Assembly: GCA_963717145.1 (NCBI GenBank)
Contig: OY970325.1
Span: 4,544,001-4,608,000, forward strand
DNA: 64,000 nucleotides
Direction: 5' to 3'
From: an uncultured Armatimonadetes bacterium
GTDB lineage: Bacteria > Armatimonadota > UBA5829 > DTJY01
The notes beneath the pieces were generated by a model. That model made no database searches. It was not told where the DNA came from and saw nothing but the letters and a program-made list of their open reading frames with translations. Both the position numbers and the translations under genes were made by a program. Position 1 is the stretch's first letter. Each line of letters opens with the position of its first letter. Shown here in pieces: positions 59,787 to 64,000 of the stretch.

Positions 59787-60923
59787 ATGCGCCCGTTGGT
59801 CATTCTGCATACCGAATCATCCACCGGGTGGGGCGGACAGGAGATCCGGATCATCACCGAGTCCGTCGGGATGATGAAGCGCGGCCACCGGGTACTGATC
59901 GCGTGCCGTCCGGGCGCCAAGATCGCCAGACGCGCTCGGGAACAGGGGATCGAGACCTTCATCATGTCGCTCGGCGGCGCCTTCGACATCGTCGGTATCC
60001 GTCGAATGCGGTCATTCCTCCGCCGGCACAACGTCGATATCGTCAACACGCACAGCTCGAAGGACAGTTGGTGCGGAGGATTCGCGGCCAAGTTCTCAGG
60101 GACTGTGAAAGTCATCCGCACCCGTCACCTGTCGATACCGGTCAAGAGGAGCTTCGAGTCGAGACTGCTCTACGGGTCGCTGCCGGACGCGGTCGTGACC
60201 ACCGGCGAGTCCCTCAGGCAGCACATCATCGAGCGCGTGGATCTCGATCCCGACCGGGCGGTCTCGATTCCCACAGGCATAGACCTCGTCCGCTTCGACC
60301 CCGATGTGGTGAGCGGCGACGGTTTTCGCGCGGAGTGCCGGGCTCAGGACACGACGCCGCTGATCGGCTGTGTGGGCATGCTTCGGCACATGAAGGGACA
60401 CATATACCTGGTCGAGTCTGCGGTCGAGGTGCTCCAGGAGTATCCGCAGGCGAGGTTCGTTCTCGTTGGCGATATACCCTCCGCCAGTACGCTGAAGGAG
60501 CGCCTGAGCAGTCGCGCCGCCGAACTCGGGATCACCGACCGTTTCTACATGGCCGGCTACCGGGACGACATACCTCAGGTCATGGCGGGCCTCGATGTCT
60601 TCGTGCTGCCGTCGATCAGCTATGAAGGCGTTCCCCAGGCGATCAACCAGGCGATGGCGATGCGGCGGCCGGTCGTTGCGACTGATGTTGGCGCAGTGAG
60701 CGAGCAGGTCATCAACGGCCAGACGGGAATCCTGGTCGAAAAGGCGGATGGGCATCAGCTCGCGCAGGGGATATTGACGCTGCTGAAGAATCCCGATGCC
60801 GCCGCTCGCATGGGTGACAACGGACGCCGGTTGGTCGAGGAGCGCTTCTCCCTGGAGGGCATGCTCGACGCGACAGAGCAGCTCTACGGGAGACTGATGG
60901 CGGAGGGGGTGGGGAATGGTTGA
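59787..60923 (+). CDS. glycosyltransferase family 4
   Basis: GWGGQE, THSSKD, KGH, EGVPQAINQAMA..PVVATDVG. Confidence 0.92.
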   Translation: MRPLVILHTESSTGWGGQEIRIITESVGMMKRGHRVLIACRPGAKIARRAREQGIETFIMSLGGAFDIVGIRRMRSFLRRHNVDIVNTHSSKDSWCGGFAAKFSGTVKVIRTRHLSIPVKRSFESRLLYGSLPDAVVTTGESLRQHIIERVDLDPDRAVSIPTGIDLVRFDPDVVSGDGFRAECRAQDTTPLIGCVGMLRHMKGHIYLVESAVEVLQEYPQARFVLVGDIPSASTLKERLSSRAAELGITDRFYMAGYRDDIPQVMAGLDVFVLPSISYEGVPQAINQAMAMRRPVVATDVGAVSEQVINGQTGILVEKADGHQLAQGILTLLKNPDAAARMGDNGRRLVEERFSLEGMLDATEQLYGRLMAEGVGNG

Positions 60924-60998
60924 TGGTTCATGGCTGATGGTCAATGGGGACAACCCTCCCATCCGCCATTAACCATCAACCATGAACCATCAACCATG
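60916..60998. repeat. heptamer palindrome (ATGGTTG)n ... (CAACCAT)n
   Basis: atggttgatggttcatggctgatgg ... ccattaaccatcaaccatgaaccatcaaccat; same family as the IS481 target site. Confidence 0.75.
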
Positions 60999-62180
60999 TC
61001 CCTGAATGTCGCCATAGTCGTGGAGAGGCTGCACACTCATGGAGGGGTCGAGCGCCGGACTTCCGAGCTGGTGAGAGGCCTGCTTGACGCAGGGCACGAG
61101 GTCCATGTCTATGCCCACCGCTGGGACTCGGACCTGGGGCTCGATGTCGAGTTTCATAGGATACCGATGCTTCCGCTCAGCAGGTCGATGAAGGCGTTGA
61201 GCTTCGCCTGGTTCTGCGGACGGAGAGTGCGGGGGCATGACCTGGTGCATACCCAGGCGCGGATCTTCCGGTGTGATGTGGCAACGCTTGGGGTCGGCTG
61301 CCACCGAGCATACCTCGAAAAAATGGAAAAAACGGGGACAGGCACGATTTTCCCCAGCACAGGTATGCCTGCAAGCAAGCTCAGCTTGGGGAAAATCGTG
61401 CCTGTCCCCGTTTTTTCGGCGTTCGACAGGGCGATACTGCGCATCGAGCAGAGCATGTTGACGCCCGGTTACTACCGCCGCATCATCACGAATTCGGCGA
61501 TGTGCAAGCGCGAGATCGCCGAGTACTACGGCGTCCCGGCCAAGGATGTCACGGTCGTCCACAACGGCGTCGATCATGCGACGTTCTCGCCGTCGATGCG
61601 GGCCGAGCGTCGAGTAAGTGCGAGGAGCGCCCTCGGCCTCATGCCGGACGACGTGGCGGTCCTGTACGTCGGGACCGGCTTCGACCGCAAGGGACTTGAT
61701 ACGCTGATCGGATCGCTCGGAATCCTGAAGCCTCGGAATGCCAGACTCATCGTCGTGGGCAGCGGGGATACCGAACGCTTCGGTCGGCTGGCGGAGGACT
61801 GCGGGGTAGGGGATCGGCTGATCTGGGCCGGCAAGTCCGACGATGTGGCGGGTTACTATGCTGCCGCCGACGTATTCGCCCTGCCGACGAGGTACGATCC
61901 GTTCGCCAACTCGACCATGGAGGCGCTGGCATCGGGCGTTCCGGTGGTCACGACCCGTTCGAACGGCGTTTCGGAGATCCTCCAGGACGGCTGCGACGCA
62001 TACGTCATCGATGCGAACGACCCGGAAGCGCTTGCCGAACGCCTCGGCCTCCTGATCGGGGACGAAGGACTGCGCGAGCGAATCGGTAAAGCTGGGTGCA
62101 GGGCCGCCGAGCCGTTCACGTGGGAGCGCACGACCCGGGAGACCATGGCCGTGTACGAAGGGCTGGGAAGTCGCCAGTGA
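60996..62180 (+). CDS. glycosyltransferase family 4 (WaaG-like), with internal palindrome
   Basis: GGVER, HNGVD, GTGFDRKG, YDPFANSTMEALASG. Confidence 0.9.
   Translation: MSLNVAIVVERLHTHGGVERRTSELVRGLLDAGHEVHVYAHRWDSDLGLDVEFHRIPMLPLSRSMKALSFAWFCGRRVRGHDLVHTQARIFRCDVATLGVGCHRAYLEKMEKTGTGTIFPSTGMPASKLSLGKIVPVPVFSAFDRAILRIEQSMLTPGYYRRIITNSAMCKREIAEYYGVPAKDVTVVHNGVDHATFSPSMRAERRVSARSALGLMPDDVAVLYVGTGFDRKGLDTLIGSLGILKPRNARLIVVGSGDTERFGRLAEDCGVGDRLIWAGKSDDVAGYYAAADVFALPTRYDPFANSTMEALASGVPVVTTRSNGVSEILQDGCDAYVIDANDPEALAERLGLLIGDEGLRERIGKAGCRAAEPFTWERTTRETMAVYEGLGSRQ
61326..61417. repeat. 92-bp palindrome (31-bp perfect arms) within the GT4 reading frame
   Basis: GAAAAAACGGGGACAGGCACGATTTTCCCCA, N30, TGGGGAAAATCGTGCCTGTCCCCGTTTTTTC. 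Confidence 0.92.
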
Positions 62181-62249
62181 TCAGTGATCAGTGATCAGTT
62201 ATCAGTCGGGAATCAGAACCGATCACCGATCACCGATCACTGATTACTG
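62175..62249. repeat. heptamer palindrome (CAGTGAT)n ... (ATCACYG)n
   Basis: cagtgatcagtgatcagtgatcagttatcag ... ccgatcaccgatcaccgatcactgattactg. Confidence 0.75.
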
Positions 62250-62265
62250 CCCTTGAGAGTTTCAC

Positions 62266-63030
62266 ATGCCAACCATTTCCGTAGCCATCATCACTAAGAA
62301 TGAGGAAGCCAACATCCGCCGGTGTCTGGAGTCGGTCAAATGGGCGGATGAGTCTGTCGTCGTCGACTGCGGGAGCACTGACGGCACGCTCGACATATGT
62401 CGGGAGTACGGCTGCCGGATCATCGAGCGCGAGTGGGAGGGCTATGCCGGGCAGAAGAACTTCGCCATCGCTCAGGTCACCGGCGACTGGATCCTCAGCC
62501 TCGATGCCGACGAGGAGGTCACGCCGGAACTCGCCCGGGAGATGCAGGCCGCGGTCGAATCGGGCAGCGCGGACGCGTACGACATGCCGAGGCTCAGCCG
62601 GTTCCTGGGCAGGTGGATGCGTCACGGCGGATGGTATCCCGACCGCCAGCTCAGGTTGCTCAGGCGCGGGTCCGGCAGCTTCAAGATCGTGCCCGTTCAC
62701 GAGCATATCGTGCTGAATGACGGCATGACCCTGGGACGACTTCGGAGCGTGCTGCTGCACTACACCTACCCTGAGGTGAAGGACTTTGTTCGAAAATCCG
62801 ACCTGTACACTGACATAGAGGTCGAAGCCCGAATCGCGGCGAACAGGATTCCGAAGCAGTTGACCCTTGCGCTATTGACCGCCTTCCCGAGGAAATTCGC
62901 CGAGGTCTATCTCTACAAGCAGGGATGGCGCGACGGGATGCATGGCCTGGTAGCCGCGACTCTTGTGTCATCGCGCGTATACATGCGGACCGCCAAGCTC
63001 TGGGCGCGTACCATGAAAGAATCGGAATGA
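62266..63030 (+). CDS. glycosyltransferase family 2 (WaaE/KdtX-like)
   Basis: IITKNEE, VDCGSTDGT, QKNFA, LDADE, WYPD..RL, VHE. Confidence 0.9.
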   Translation: MPTISVAIITKNEEANIRRCLESVKWADESVVVDCGSTDGTLDICREYGCRIIEREWEGYAGQKNFAIAQVTGDWILSLDADEEVTPELAREMQAAVESGSADAYDMPRLSRFLGRWMRHGGWYPDRQLRLLRRGSGSFKIVPVHEHIVLNDGMTLGRLRSVLLHYTYPEVKDFVRKSDLYTDIEVEARIAANRIPKQLTLALLTAFPRKFAEVYLYKQGWRDGMHGLVAATLVSSRVYMRTAKLWARTMKESE

Positions 63031-63116
63031 GATGCCACTTAGCCTGTAGCCTAGCCCTTTATGGGCGTCAGACGGGGACAAGCCCCTAGGCTACAGGTGT
63101 GATGCAGGAACACCAT

Positions 63117-64000
63117 ATGCCATCGAAGTATGAAGAGATCGACCTGTCCGGACTGAGGACGACAAGCATAACAGAGCGCAAGAGCACGGTGAGCATCGAC
63201 CGGTTCGCGACACCGGCCGATGCGGGACGGAGCGCACGTGAACTGCTCGATTCGATGCCCGACATCCTTGCCGGGCGCACGATCCGGCGACTGGCGGCCG
63301 CCATCGCCGATGCGCGCCGTGCGGGAAAGCCGGTGATCGTCGCGATAGGCGGGCACGTGATCAAGTGCGGGCTCGCCCCGGTGTTGGGCGACCTGATGCG
63401 CCGGCGTGTGATCACTGGAATCGCCGGCAACGGCGCGGTCGCCATTCACGATGCTGAGATCGCGCTCTTCGGCCAGACCTCTGAGGATGTGGGCGCCACG
63501 CTGGCTGAGGGGACTTTCGGGATGGCCCGCGAGACCGCCGAGTTCATCAACTCAGCAGCGACCGAGGCCCGCGACGGGGGGTTCGGCTTTGGCGAGTCGA
63601 TCGGCCGGAAGCTGGTCGAGTGCAACTCGCCGCACGCCGATCTCAGCCTGATCGCAACTGCCTACTCACTCGATCTGCCGGTCACCATTCACGTCGCGAT
63701 GGGCACCGATATCGCACACATGCACCCGGAGGCCGACGGCGCGGCTTATGGTGACGCCAGCCTTCGGGACTTCCGCATCTTCACTGCGGCCATGAAGGAC
63801 ATGGGCGGCGGTGGGGTGCTGCTCAACATAGGCTCAGCCGTCGTTCTCCCCGAGGTGGCGCTCAAGGCGGTCTCGGTCCTGTGCAACCTGGGATACGACC
63901 TCACAGGCATTGTGGGCGCGAACATGGATTTCATTCAGCAGTATCGCTCGACTCAGCAGATCGTCAGCCGGCTCGAACTGGTGGGTGGAACGGGGATGAG
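63117..64000 (+). CDS. conserved hypothetical protein, possibly deoxyhypusine-synthase-like fold; runs off the window
   Basis: My translation: MPSKYEEIDLSGLRT..RKSTV..GGHVIKCGL..NGAVAIHDAE..GTDIAHMHP..GSAVVLPEV; open to the window end and absent from the ORF track. Confidence 0.7.
   Translation, partial: MPSKYEEIDLSGLRTTSITERKSTVSIDRFATPADAGRSARELLDSMPDILAGRTIRRLAAAIADARRAGKPVIVAIGGHVIKCGLAPVLGDLMRRRVITGIAGNGAVAIHDAEIALFGQTSEDVGATLAEGTFGMARETAEFINSAATEARDGGFGFGESIGRKLVECNSPHADLSLIATAYSLDLPVTIHVAMGTDIAHMHPEADGAAYGDASLRDFRIFTAAMKDMGGGGVLLNIGSAVVLPEVALKAVSVLCNLGYDLTGIVGANMDFIQQYRSTQQIVSRLELVGGTGM

Overview
GC-rich bacterial chromosome segment from a diderm organism. The tamB-ECF sigma-bamA-skp-lpxD-lpxC-fabZ-lpxA-lpxB-msbA-DUF374-waaA-lpxK order resembles the outer-membrane cluster of diderm Terrabacteria, and Armatimonadota is my inference, not a database result. 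Layout: (1-9.8 kb) two sugar-ABC permease genes separated by a P-type ATPase/M48 peptidase/two-component block; (9.9-15.8 kb) two secreted glycoside-hydrolase-like genes; (16-17.3 kb) an ASCH gene, a candidate antisense sRNA and four tRNAs; (17.3-25.9 kb) nucleotide-sugar genes, pfkB, an ISKra4-like IS interrupting a membrane-protein gene, and comF; (26-32.7 kb) a 1964-aa repeat surface protein followed by a ~340-bp empty-shell copy of its own locus; (33-64 kb) lipB/lipA, the OM-biogenesis/lipid A cluster with an IS481 insertion, and LPS glycosyltransferases. Most notable: a candidate ECF-promoter-driven sRNA complementary to the RBS and start of the neighbouring ASCH gene; the filled/empty duplicated locus at the comF 3' end; a 172-bp MITE matching the resident IS ends; REP-like palindromes inside the open reading frames of lpxB and a GT4 gene; and a KpsS-like/GT9 fusion. 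Four single-base frameshifts are most likely sequencing indels. All calls come from motif recognition by eye; no searches were run.
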